Shown piece by piece: positions 6,360 through 14,274 of a stretch of 25,952 nt of DNA (positions within the stretch are counted from its first letter, which is position 1; the number at the start of each line of letters is the position of its first letter). The translations under genes were made by a program, and so were the position numbers. The stretch comes from a virus. Its lineage: Duplodnaviria > Caudoviricetes. Under the pieces are notes generated by a model. That model was given only the letters and a program-made list of their open reading frames with translations. It was not told the origin of the DNA and ran no database searches. The stretch spans positions 1-25,952 of IMG/VR virus record IMGVR_UViG_3300010354_000557; one strand, 5' to 3'.

Positions 6360-7537
6360 GGCTCAGCGATGATGCACCAACCGCTACGTACACCCTCCAC
6401 AAGCCAGCGCGGTCCCCAATTGGCTTTGCTGTAGGCAATGCCGCCACCTTTGCTATTGAGGTAGGTGCCGCGAACAACTTCCATCTCACCGAAGGGGTCG
6501 TTGACGATGACATGGCCGCTCGTGACGCCGATTACGGTGAGCCAATGGCCACCGCCGGATGGCTTGCTACTGGTCCCGTGATGCAGGAAGCCGCAAGGGA
6601 TTGGCACGTTGCGTGCGATCTGCCGTTGCAGGTCATCCCAGCCGCCGTTTTGCTTAAAGCTGGCCTTAATGCCGTAATGCGCTAAGGCCTTGAGCTGTGC
6701 TTGTACATCAGTGGTATCGCCATAGCGCAGCACCGTCTTGAGGTACTGGTCATCAGCCGCAGCACCGCTGATTACACCAGGGCGAAGGTAGGCCAGGAGC
6801 ATGGCGCAGCTGGAGCTGAAGCACATGCGATTGGCTTGGCCTGCCACCGTGGAATCGCGCTGGCTGTAGTACGGCACCTTGAGCGGCTCACCCGGCTTTT
6901 GCTGCGGTGGGACGTTCAGCCGTTGATGACCGCAGAAGACGGAAACCTCGGCAGCACGGCGCCGCTCTAAACCAGCTAAAACCGCCTCGCCTGCATGCAC
7001 CCACTTCGGTAACTCTTCGCGGACGACATGACAGGGTTCCTCACCAGCCAAAAGCCGTTTACGCAGCGTGCTGTCTTCCAGTGCGCCGAGACCCAGGTTG
7101 TAGGCAAAGCTCACGAGAGCACCGACCTGATTGGGCTTCCAACTTTTGGCCATCGGCAATAGGTGCAGCACACCGGGGCCAAAAAGGTTTTCGACTTCGT
7201 TCTGCAACAGCTCATCGGCAAGGGCTTGGCTGATCGTGTCGCCACTACGCACAGGGGCATCCATCAGCCGTGTCGTACCCCAACCGATCGTCCACTGACC
7301 AGCTGGGCACTTGTACGCCTCTAGGACGCAACCTTCAAATTCACGGATTAACTTCAGTGCTGGCGCTACCCACGCTGGCGGCAGCAGCTCTTTTGGTTTG
7401 GGGTCGGCGCGGTACAACTCCGCAAATTCAATCAGCACCTCATCGCTGAGCTGAGCCTGTAGCCAATCCCAGGCTGCAAGCTGATGGGGCAGCTGCTTGA
7501 AATGCGCTGCTGCTTGACGTAGCTGAATTACAGCCAT
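6356..7537 (-). CDS. Modular endolysin: N-terminal helical domain + GH24 lysozyme + C39-like peptidase
   Basis: EFEGCVLEAYKCPAGQWTIGWGTT and ALVSFAYNLG...GLERRRAAE (GH24); VPYYSQRD...MCFSSSCAM...GGGHWLTVIG...VNDPFG (C39-like Cys/His/Asp). Confidence 0.9.
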   Translation of the reverse strand: MAVIQLRQAAAHFKQLPHQLAAWDWLQAQLSDEVLIEFAELYRADPKPKELLPPAWVAPALKLIREFEGCVLEAYKCPAGQWTIGWGTTRLMDAPVRSGDTISQALADELLQNEVENLFGPGVLHLLPMAKSWKPNQVGALVSFAYNLGLGALEDSTLRKRLLAGEEPCHVVREELPKWVHAGEAVLAGLERRRAAEVSVFCGHQRLNVPPQQKPGEPLKVPYYSQRDSTVAGQANRMCFSSSCAMLLAYLRPGVISGAAADDQYLKTVLRYGDTTDVQAQLKALAHYGIKASFKQNGGWDDLQRQIARNVPIPCGFLHHGTSSKPSGGGHWLTVIGVTSGHVIVNDPFGEMEVVRGTYLNSKGGGIAYSKANWGPRWLVEGVRSGWCIIAEP

Positions 7538-7540
7538 CGT

Positions 7541-7858
7541 TTATTTCAGGGTTGTGCTGACGTTGCGCAGCACGGCCTTGATCGGGTCGTAAAACTGCAC
7601 CACTTGCTCGATTTGGCGAGCGGTCGCTTGATGACCGGTGGCGCTGGCGATGCTGGCGGCGATCTTGGCGGTCATCACCTCCGGCGTTGCTGTACGCAGC
7701 AAGTTGGGCATGTCGCTATCAAGCTGCTCATAGACAAGCGGCAGGGCACGGCGCAATGGGCGATCGATTGCGGCTTTCGCCAAGGGCTTGATTACAGCCT
7801 CCGTTAAACCCATGAACAGGAAAGCCAATAGTGCGTCGCCGAAGGTGCGTAAAGACAT
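7541..7858 (-). CDS. Hypothetical protein with N-terminal hydrophobic segment (lysis cassette)
   Basis: ATG 7858 (MSLRTFGDALLAFLFMGLTEAVIKP...) lies 5 nt after the upstream stop; ends 4 nt before the endolysin start. Confidence 0.65.
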   Translation of the reverse strand: MSLRTFGDALLAFLFMGLTEAVIKPLAKAAIDRPLRRALPLVYEQLDSDMPNLLRTATPEVMTAKIAASIASATGHQATARQIEQVVQFYDPIKAVLRNVSTTLK

Positions 7859-7862
7859 GGGG

Positions 7863-8120
7863 CTAGGTGGTAGGTGGACCATTGCGACGGCTGCGGTTGA
7901 TGGAGCCATCGGATGGACTGCGCGGTGACTCCGTAATGAAGGCCCACATGGTTGATGCCGCACCACCCGCGACGGTGAACGCTTGCGTCCATTGGTTGCC
8001 GCACTGGCCTGGGCGGCGCAGCTCACAGCTGGCGACATTGGCGCTGGCCATGATCAGCATGTAGCTGTAACAGCCAACGATTAGGCGCAGAACCAAAGTC
8101 ACCACAGCAGGGTTGCTCAT
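7863..8120 (-). CDS. Small membrane protein, holin candidate
   Basis: Two hydrophobic segments separated by a C-x7-C loop, basic tail; upstream of the endolysin. Confidence 0.5.
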   Translation of the reverse strand: MSNPAVVTLVLRLIVGCYSYMLIMASANVASCELRRPGQCGNQWTQAFTVAGGAASTMWAFITESPRSPSDGSINRSRRNGPPTT

Positions 8121-8365
8121 GGCTTGTGCTCCGCTTCTAGCTTGGTGACGCGCTGCTCTAAACCATTGAGGCGACCATAGGTTTCTTTCTGGTCGGCCTT
8201 GATATCGGTATGAAGTACCTCTAGGCGTGAGGCAACGTTTTCAACCGCAACAGTTAAGCGGACGACAGCATCTCGCGCTTCGGTTGAGCGCTTGGATTGC
8301 GAGCCAAAGCCCATGGCTCCAACAGTGATTGCGGCGCCGACGACCGCTGCAGCTACCTCGACCAC
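8117..8365 (-). CDS. Transmembrane + coiled-coil protein (lysis-associated candidate)
   Basis: MVEVAAAVVGAAITVGAMG then heptads ending RLNGLEQRVTKLE; ATGA overlap with the next gene. Confidence 0.65.
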   Translation of the reverse strand: MVEVAAAVVGAAITVGAMGFGSQSKRSTEARDAVVRLTVAVENVASRLEVLHTDIKADQKETYGRLNGLEQRVTKLEAEHKP

Positions 8366-8404
8366 GGCGACTGGAACCCGATGGATTCAGCGTAACGAGA
8401 GCTG

Positions 8405-8554
8405 TTATTTGCCTTGGCCGCGATAGCGCTTACGGCGTCGATTACGACTGGTGGCAGCTAACGAAGTCCGCAGCGACTTACCTTGCCTGGTCTTTTTGGG
8501 AGTACCAGGCTGATGGTCGATACGAGCTGCGCCCGCTTTTGCCTTTGTCGCCAT
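8405..8554 (-). CDS. Small, highly basic protein (49 aa; not in the ORF track)
   Basis: MATKAKAGAARIDHQPGTPKKTRQGKSLRTSLAATSRNRRRKRYRGQGK; I recall the KKTRQG...ATSRN...YRGQG pattern from cyanophage hypothetical proteins. Confidence 0.8.
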   Translation of the reverse strand: MATKAKAGAARIDHQPGTPKKTRQGKSLRTSLAATSRNRRRKRYRGQGK

Positions 8555-8591
8555 GGCAGATGGTTAGCTCACCAGGTATGCAGAAGCCAGA

Positions 8592-8678
8592 TCAACCTTG
8601 ATCATCACGGGGATTGATCGCTAACAGGCAGTAGGCAACAAAGAGACCTACTAGCCAAAGACTGAGCAGACCAAGCAA
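8592..8678 (-). CDS. Putative 28-aa single-pass membrane peptide (not in the ORF track)
   Basis: TTG-started (M)LGLLSLWLVGLFVAYCLLAINPRDDQG; fills an otherwise empty gap. Confidence 0.45.
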   Translation of the reverse strand: MLGLLSLWLVGLFVAYCLLAINPRDDQG

Positions 8679-8717
8679 GGGAGTTGGACGTTCACCAGTG
8701 CAGAGTAACCAGGGTGA

Positions 8718-9161
8718 TTACGGCTGCGGTGGCCATTCAATCGTCCAGGGGAAACCAGGCTGTGAGGTGACATCCCGCAGTTGCTGACGGTAAGCAAGCC
8801 AAGGTTGGTGATCGACGGGTGCATCAGGAAGCTGTGTCCAGTCGCAGGCGGCTAGACGCCTATTGCGCTCGCTGCGGATTGTGGACGCCTGCATGGCATC
8901 CATTGCAGCCTTCTGATCGTCGTCTGGGGTCACGGCGATGTAGTGGGTGAACCACTGACCATCAATTTCAATGACGCCATCACGCTGGGCGTATTGATAC
9001 GGAGGGATAAGCGTAGGCTTTGGACCTTCTAGTACTGGGTCGTAACCAAAGGCCTGATAAGTCTGGTTGCTGATATCAGCTGGAAATGAGGTATTTTTGA
9101 ATATCTGCCTGAATTCGTAATCGAGGATTACGGCCCCAGTAGCTTGATTGCGAAGTTCCAT
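8718..9161 (-). CDS. Tail fibre assembly chaperone-like protein
   Basis: C-terminal IRSERNRRLAACDWTQLPDAP...WLAYRQQLRDV...FPWTIEWPPQP is the typical motif; ATG at 9161. Confidence 0.85.
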   Translation of the reverse strand: MELRNQATGAVILDYEFRQIFKNTSFPADISNQTYQAFGYDPVLEGPKPTLIPPYQYAQRDGVIEIDGQWFTHYIAVTPDDDQKAAMDAMQASTIRSERNRRLAACDWTQLPDAPVDHQPWLAYRQQLRDVTSQPGFPWTIEWPPQP

Positions 9162-9199
9162 GGTTGAAGACAGGAGCAAAAGGTAGCGACGGCCTTGGT

Positions 9200-9817
9200 T
9201 TAGTACAGCCTAAAGCCGATTCCTGTAAAAGAGTTTGCTGCAGTACTACGGTTTACAGTTGCGGCGGCATTGGAGCCAGTAGCGTCGTAAAAGCTTCTTA
9301 CGGAAAAAAAGGATGATGATGAACTTGGCCCAATCCCCGTATAGCCAGATGGGGCGCCTAGGCTCCCAACAGCTCTATCTATTGCAGTCAAAACAACAAT
9401 GTCACTTGACGTGGTGCCAGATGGCGGGGTGATGGTCAAATTGGCGCTTGAGGTATCAGCCCATGAGCCAACCTGTATGTTTGACTTGCCGGGGCTTTTG
9501 ATCAACACGGCAATAGCATCTGTTCCGTTGTAGTTTATTGTCGAGCTAGTTCCACTTGTCGCGATTATGTAATAAGCACGATTGATGTAGCTGTCAAGGT
9601 TCGTAAAATCGCCTCCAATTTGTGTATAGCCAGAGGAAGTCAAGCCTGTGCCCATTGTTGTGTGAACAACAATAATGTCGTTAACCGATACCGACTGGGG
9701 CAACACGATTGATTTATCAGTGCTAATACCACCCGGATCCGATGTTCCACCGGAAGCGTAAAACTCAACCGCTACTGCTGCCGGAGCCGTGCAAGCCAAT
9801 AGGAATTTAGAAAGCAT
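9200..9817 (-). CDS. Ser/Thr/Gly-rich beta protein, probable fibre-tip / receptor-binding module
   Basis: Lies between the fibre and its chaperone; two imperfect repeats (IVLPQSVSVNDIIVV / ITPPSGTTSSDIVVL); visibly AT-richer. Confidence 0.55.
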   Translation of the reverse strand: MLSKFLLACTAPAAVAVEFYASGGTSDPGGISTDKSIVLPQSVSVNDIIVVHTTMGTGLTSSGYTQIGGDFTNLDSYINRAYYIIATSGTSSTINYNGTDAIAVLIKSPGKSNIQVGSWADTSSANLTITPPSGTTSSDIVVLTAIDRAVGSLGAPSGYTGIGPSSSSSFFSVRSFYDATGSNAAATVNRSTAANSFTGIGFRLY

Positions 9818-9864
9818 GGGATGTCATCCAAGCAGGTTTAAGGTGTCGCAACTGACGATAACCA

Positions 9865-12531
9865 TTAGGCGTCTCCTGCCCGAGCACCATAAATTTGCGT
9901 GCCAACTTTCCACAGAACAATAACGGTGAATCCAGACGTGTTGAGGGTGGGTGCGATTCCCGCATTTGTTTTCCATATAACGCCTGATGATCCGAATGTT
10001 GTATCTGTCCAAGTAATTGAATAAGCGGTTCCGTCATCCACCATCAGAGTGATCGCTTCTCCTGCCACAAAGTTTGTCGCTTTTGGTGTGCGGTTTGCGC
10101 CAAGAGTGATTAGTTGAATACTGCCGTTTCCCGGATCAATTTCAAACGCAGCCCCGTCACTGATTGTAAAAATGTCTTCAAGAATTGTTCCAGTAATTGC
10201 TGGATCAGTAAGTGTTTTGTTGGTAAGAGTTTGAGTGCCAGTAAGCGTAACGTCGCCAACGCCTGTCCAACTCAGTGTGCCTGTGCCGTTTGTTGTTAAT
10301 GCTTGGCCAGTGCTGCCATCGGCGCTTGGAAGTGTCCATGTAACACTGCTGGTGATGGTTGCAGGAGCTTGAAATCCGACCCAGTGACTGCTGTCGCTAT
10401 CTGCAAAACGTAGGTCAGCCTGTGCATTAAGTGTGACGTTATCTTTGGCGGTAATGGTGCCATCAAAAGTTGCAGTGCTTGTGACATCTAGCGTTCCGGG
10501 AATATCAACATTGCTAGTCCATTCAACCCCTGTACCAGCTGCGTCGGTCTGTAGTAATTGACGGGCAGTACCATCCGCCAGTTTGCTAACAGCAATTTCT
10601 GCGCTGGCGTTGATATCTCCGTCAACGATGACACCGCTGGAAATGGCGGTAACGCCAGTATTGCCGATGGTGACATCACCGGTTACAGCAGTGCTGGTGG
10701 CGACGTTGCTTGCGTTACCAAGAACGATGTTGCCGCTCGTTAGTGCAGCAAGTTTGCTGTAGTCGATTGCAGCAGAGGCATTGATATCGGCATTAACGAT
10801 TGTGCCATCAGCAATCAACGTGCTGGTAACGGTTCCAGTGTCGCCGCTCGTGATGACCGTGCCGGAGACATTTGGCAGGTTAATTACGTTATCCGCTGTT
10901 GGATCAACAACACCAAGCGTGGTCTCAAAAGCGTTGTCGGTGGCGCCTTCGAACACCAAACTGCCGGCTGAGCCAATTAGCAGCTGACCCGTCAGTGTGC
11001 TGCCTGCTGCTTGCAGTGCTTCTGAAGCGACTTCAGCAATCGCGGCCTGTACGTTACTGGCTGCAATAGTTCCAGTCGGTGAAAACGAAACGTTGACAGC
11101 GCTTTGGCTGGTGAAAGTCTGCGAAACGTCGATCAGGATGTAATTGGTTCCGTTCGACAGCAAAATGTCTGGCGGTTGCAGCGTGACCGTTGGTGCTGGT
11201 GCAGTGCCGGTACCGCCGTTGTTCACTACGACGTAATAACGGCTGTTGCCACCTGCTGCCGATGGGAGAGCACTGCCATTAACGAAACCAGCTGCCGATC
11301 CTTCGGACGTAACAGAACTCAGCGTGTTCGTAGATGCGTCGTAAGTGCCAGCGAAGACGATTTCACCGGCACTGATGCCAACCGGCTGGTAAACATTGCC
11401 ATCCCAGAGTGATAGATCGCGGGAGAGCGGATTAAAGAAGAATTGGCCGATGCTATCCGCTGAAGGGATTGTGCTACCAATCTTTGTGATTGCAAAGTTG
11501 GCCAGCTTGACGCCGGTAACTGCGTTGCCACCAATCCGGTCAATATCGAGGGTGCCAGTGGTGATCTTGGCGGCCGACAGGTTGGGTATATCTGCTTCAA
11601 CAAGTGATGCAGCACCAGTGATGTGCCCTTCGGTGTCAAAGCTGACCTTGACGCCGGAGCCAGCACCAATCGAATTGGTGTGATTAAGTGAGCCGCTACC
11701 GTTTACACCCAGTCCGGAGCCGGGTTTGACAATGCCGTTTACCGATGCAGTGGCGATTGGTACGTCACTGGCACTGATAACACGGCCAGAAGTGACAAGA
11801 CCTTTGGCGTTGTACTGAACTATGTGAAAGTTGCTAGCTTCTGCCGTAACCGTGTTGTTAATGGTGATCGTGTCACCAGACAGGCTTAGGCCATTGCCGT
11901 TAACGATGACGGCGCCTTTGGTCGTTGTGGTGGCAGTCGGGAGATCAGCGCCAACAATCGGGCGATAACCAACAGTGCCAGCCGAAGCGGTTGGGCCAGC
12001 GAGAAACTCAGCAGCGGCCGTGGTGTTATCCAGCGTCGCACTGATGCTGACTTGATCGCCGCTAGTGCTGACAACGATATTGATCGCGCCGCTGGTGCTA
12101 CCGATAACAGCGTTGACGCTGCCGGCGCCTTTGACGCTGACCCAGCTGCTGCCATCCCAGCAGTAAATCTTGCTGTCGTCGGTATCCAGTGCGATCTGGC
12201 CGACAAACGCACCGCTAGCTGGAAGCGTCGTTACAAGATCAACGCTGGATTCGTCAGCAAGCTTGGCGGCTGTGACCGCATCATTTGCCAGCTGCGTTGC
12301 AGTAACACTGCCGTTGCTCAGCGAGCTAGCAGGAATTGTGTTGACACCAAACAGGATCTTCGCGCTGGGGATCGTTGCATCCGCAATCAGCGTCGTGGCA
12401 TTGCCAACGAGATCCGTAACGGTGATCTTTTTGGTTTCACTGGCGCTGGTGTCAGCGAGAGGCAGGAAATCGCCGGCCGCAAGATTGGCACCCGCAAGCG
12501 TGGCTAGTTCGCTGATCCTTAGGTCGGCCAT
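9865..12531 (-). CDS. Long tail fibre protein (888 aa)
   Basis: N-terminal MADLRISEL...ETKKIT; Gly/Ala/Thr/Ser-rich shaft repeats (AVTAAKLA, DINASAAI..SKLA twice, QTLTNKTL); position downstream of tail tip genes. Confidence 0.82.
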   Translation of the reverse strand: MADLRISELATLAGANLAAGDFLPLADTSASETKKITVTDLVGNATTLIADATIPSAKILFGVNTIPASSLSNGSVTATQLANDAVTAAKLADESSVDLVTTLPASGAFVGQIALDTDDSKIYCWDGSSWVSVKGAGSVNAVIGSTSGAINIVVSTSGDQVSISATLDNTTAAAEFLAGPTASAGTVGYRPIVGADLPTATTTTKGAVIVNGNGLSLSGDTITINNTVTAEASNFHIVQYNAKGLVTSGRVISASDVPIATASVNGIVKPGSGLGVNGSGSLNHTNSIGAGSGVKVSFDTEGHITGAASLVEADIPNLSAAKITTGTLDIDRIGGNAVTGVKLANFAITKIGSTIPSADSIGQFFFNPLSRDLSLWDGNVYQPVGISAGEIVFAGTYDASTNTLSSVTSEGSAAGFVNGSALPSAAGGNSRYYVVVNNGGTGTAPAPTVTLQPPDILLSNGTNYILIDVSQTFTSQSAVNVSFSPTGTIAASNVQAAIAEVASEALQAAGSTLTGQLLIGSAGSLVFEGATDNAFETTLGVVDPTADNVINLPNVSGTVITSGDTGTVTSTLIADGTIVNADINASAAIDYSKLAALTSGNIVLGNASNVATSTAVTGDVTIGNTGVTAISSGVIVDGDINASAEIAVSKLADGTARQLLQTDAAGTGVEWTSNVDIPGTLDVTSTATFDGTITAKDNVTLNAQADLRFADSDSSHWVGFQAPATITSSVTWTLPSADGSTGQALTTNGTGTLSWTGVGDVTLTGTQTLTNKTLTDPAITGTILEDIFTISDGAAFEIDPGNGSIQLITLGANRTPKATNFVAGEAITLMVDDGTAYSITWTDTTFGSSGVIWKTNAGIAPTLNTSGFTVIVLWKVGTQIYGARAGDA

Positions 12532-12578
12532 CGCGGGGCTTCCTTTAAGCGCTTACAGTTACAACGAGTCTAAGGCTC

Positions 12579-13475
12579 CTATTCCGGCTCTTCCAGCAAC
12601 ACAAACGCCGCTCCATCCTGCTCCAGCTTGATCTTGCCGGTGTCCTCCTGCAGCAGGCGGTTGGGAACCTGAGTTGAAGCCCGTAACTTGATCGGGCCAG
12701 TTGAAATAAAGTCGATAACGGCGGTGATTACCTGATCAGCAGCGAAACTGACGGCCGAAGCCGTGATAATGCCGTTTAAATCCCAGTAAACAGAATCGTT
12801 AATTTGAGCCGCTTCAAATGACCCCGCAAACGCGGGGGTATCCGGCGCCTTGATGTAAAAACGTCCGTGGAATGTAGAACCGACTTCTGTACGCAGTACC
12901 AGCTGCATCAGATAGTTGACGGGTTCTTCGTGGCGGTTGTTGGTGTAATCCCAGCGTGCGGTTAGCCTGCCACTCCCACTAATCAGGCTGCTGTACTGCT
13001 GGCGGTATTCATCGCTCAGCGTCGTGATGTCAACTGTTTCGCGGTTTGTATTCAGTTCGTACTCAATGATGTCGCCAAGCACACGTGATTCACGGTCTCG
13101 GATAATCACATTGATTGGGATATTTCGATTGATAGCAACCAGTGGCACGCGGCCTTGTGTACCGCCATCTAGGCTTGCCGCAAAGCTTGTGTAAAGACGA
13201 ATCCCGCCAAGCTCGTCAACAAAGATGTACCAAGCGCCGCTGGAATGGAGGGAATTATTTGCCCAACCGCTCGGATCAATAAAATCAAGATTTGTGCCGT
13301 CTGTTGTGGTGATCTCGATGAAATCACCTGTAACCAGAAAGCCTTCTTGAAAGTCAAAACTAAAACGGTCTTGGCTGGCGTTTACATCACTTGGGTTTAT
13401 GGTGCTTTGCTTGGCACCTTCAAGAGCTGTGCGGGTTAGCTCGATGTTGCCGATCAGGCCAAGATAAATGCCCAT
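12579..13475 (-). CDS. Minor tail protein containing a tail-tube-like domain
   Basis: YELNTNRETVDITTLSDEYRQQYSSLISGSGRL parallels the major tail protein motif; C-terminal RLLQEDTGKIKLEQDG. Confidence 0.6.
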   Translation of the reverse strand: MGIYLGLIGNIELTRTALEGAKQSTINPSDVNASQDRFSFDFQEGFLVTGDFIEITTTDGTNLDFIDPSGWANNSLHSSGAWYIFVDELGGIRLYTSFAASLDGGTQGRVPLVAINRNIPINVIIRDRESRVLGDIIEYELNTNRETVDITTLSDEYRQQYSSLISGSGRLTARWDYTNNRHEEPVNYLMQLVLRTEVGSTFHGRFYIKAPDTPAFAGSFEAAQINDSVYWDLNGIITASAVSFAADQVITAVIDFISTGPIKLRASTQVPNRLLQEDTGKIKLEQDGAAFVLLEEPE

Positions 13476-13900
13476 TAGATTGTCACCGCAGTGAGTGCTC
13501 CAGTGGCTTGGAAGCTGATCTGGGCGCTGCTGACTTCACCGACATTGGCGCCATACGACACGCTGGTAATCCAAGCATTCAACGAAACATCGTTTGCAGC
13601 GTTGCCTTGAACAAAACGCAGCGTAATAGTTACCGTATCGGCATCGGAAACACTGCCGACTTTAAGGATATTTTTCAGTGCTGTGGCGGCATCGTTGCGG
13701 CCTGATGCTTCGCTGTAATACAGCAATGTGGCACTGCCACTAAATTCTTGGACTCCTGGAACATAGGTGCGTTGAGTATCGCCAAGGCTGGTGGTTTCCA
13801 GTGCTTCGAGGTTGCCGGTTAGGGTCCAGCTGGTGACCTTAATTTGCTCGGAACCGTCGATCAGCAGGCGGCCGTCGCGTCCTGTATATGCTTTCTGCAT
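13475..13900 (-). CDS. Tail-tube-like minor tail protein (141 aa)
   Basis: YTGRDGRL...SWTLTGNLEALETTSLGDTQRTYVPGVQEFSGSATL...QISFQATG. Confidence 0.68.
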   Translation of the reverse strand: MQKAYTGRDGRLLIDGSEQIKVTSWTLTGNLEALETTSLGDTQRTYVPGVQEFSGSATLLYYSEASGRNDAATALKNILKVGSVSDADTVTITLRFVQGNAANDVSLNAWITSVSYGANVGEVSSAQISFQATGALTAVTI

Positions 13901-14274
13901 CAGATCACAGCCACCAAACTTACTGTAACGCTACTGCGACCGGGCCGAACTGCCTGTATCACAGGAGCAGAGTCGTAGCGCCAGCGTGCTGTAGGTGGTG
14001 CGTCAATTGTCGCTGCTGATCCAGTCCAACCGGCGCGTACATCACTCGGCAAAGTAAACGTACGAAAGGTTCCGAGTTGGGCGTCGTAGTCAGCAGCAAA
14101 CAGCTGGGCGTTGGCGTCGGTGATGTTGTCGTAGCTGAGGCTCAGTGTGGCGTTGGTGCGGCGGTTGCCGTAGAGGATGCGAACCTCAGCGCCGGATTGG
14201 GCGTTAAAGCGTTTGATCGGAAAGTCGCCTGCGTTGAACTCGCGGCCGGTTGGTTTCAAGGTCGGGAACGCCAT
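13900..14274 (-). CDS. Distal-tail-like minor tail protein
   Basis: About 124 aa, G.EVRILYGNRR...LSLSYDNI...FRTFTLP; TGATG coupling at both ends. Confidence 0.55.
   Translation of the reverse strand: MAFPTLKPTGREFNAGDFPIKRFNAQSGAEVRILYGNRRTNATLSLSYDNITDANAQLFAADYDAQLGTFRTFTLPSDVRAGWTGSAATIDAPPTARWRYDSAPVIQAVRPGRSSVTVSLVAVI

Noticed and set aside
8329-8601. 90-aa + strand ORF in the ORF track
   Set aside because: It is antisense to the late arm and overlies a better-supported 49-aa basic ORF on the - strand.
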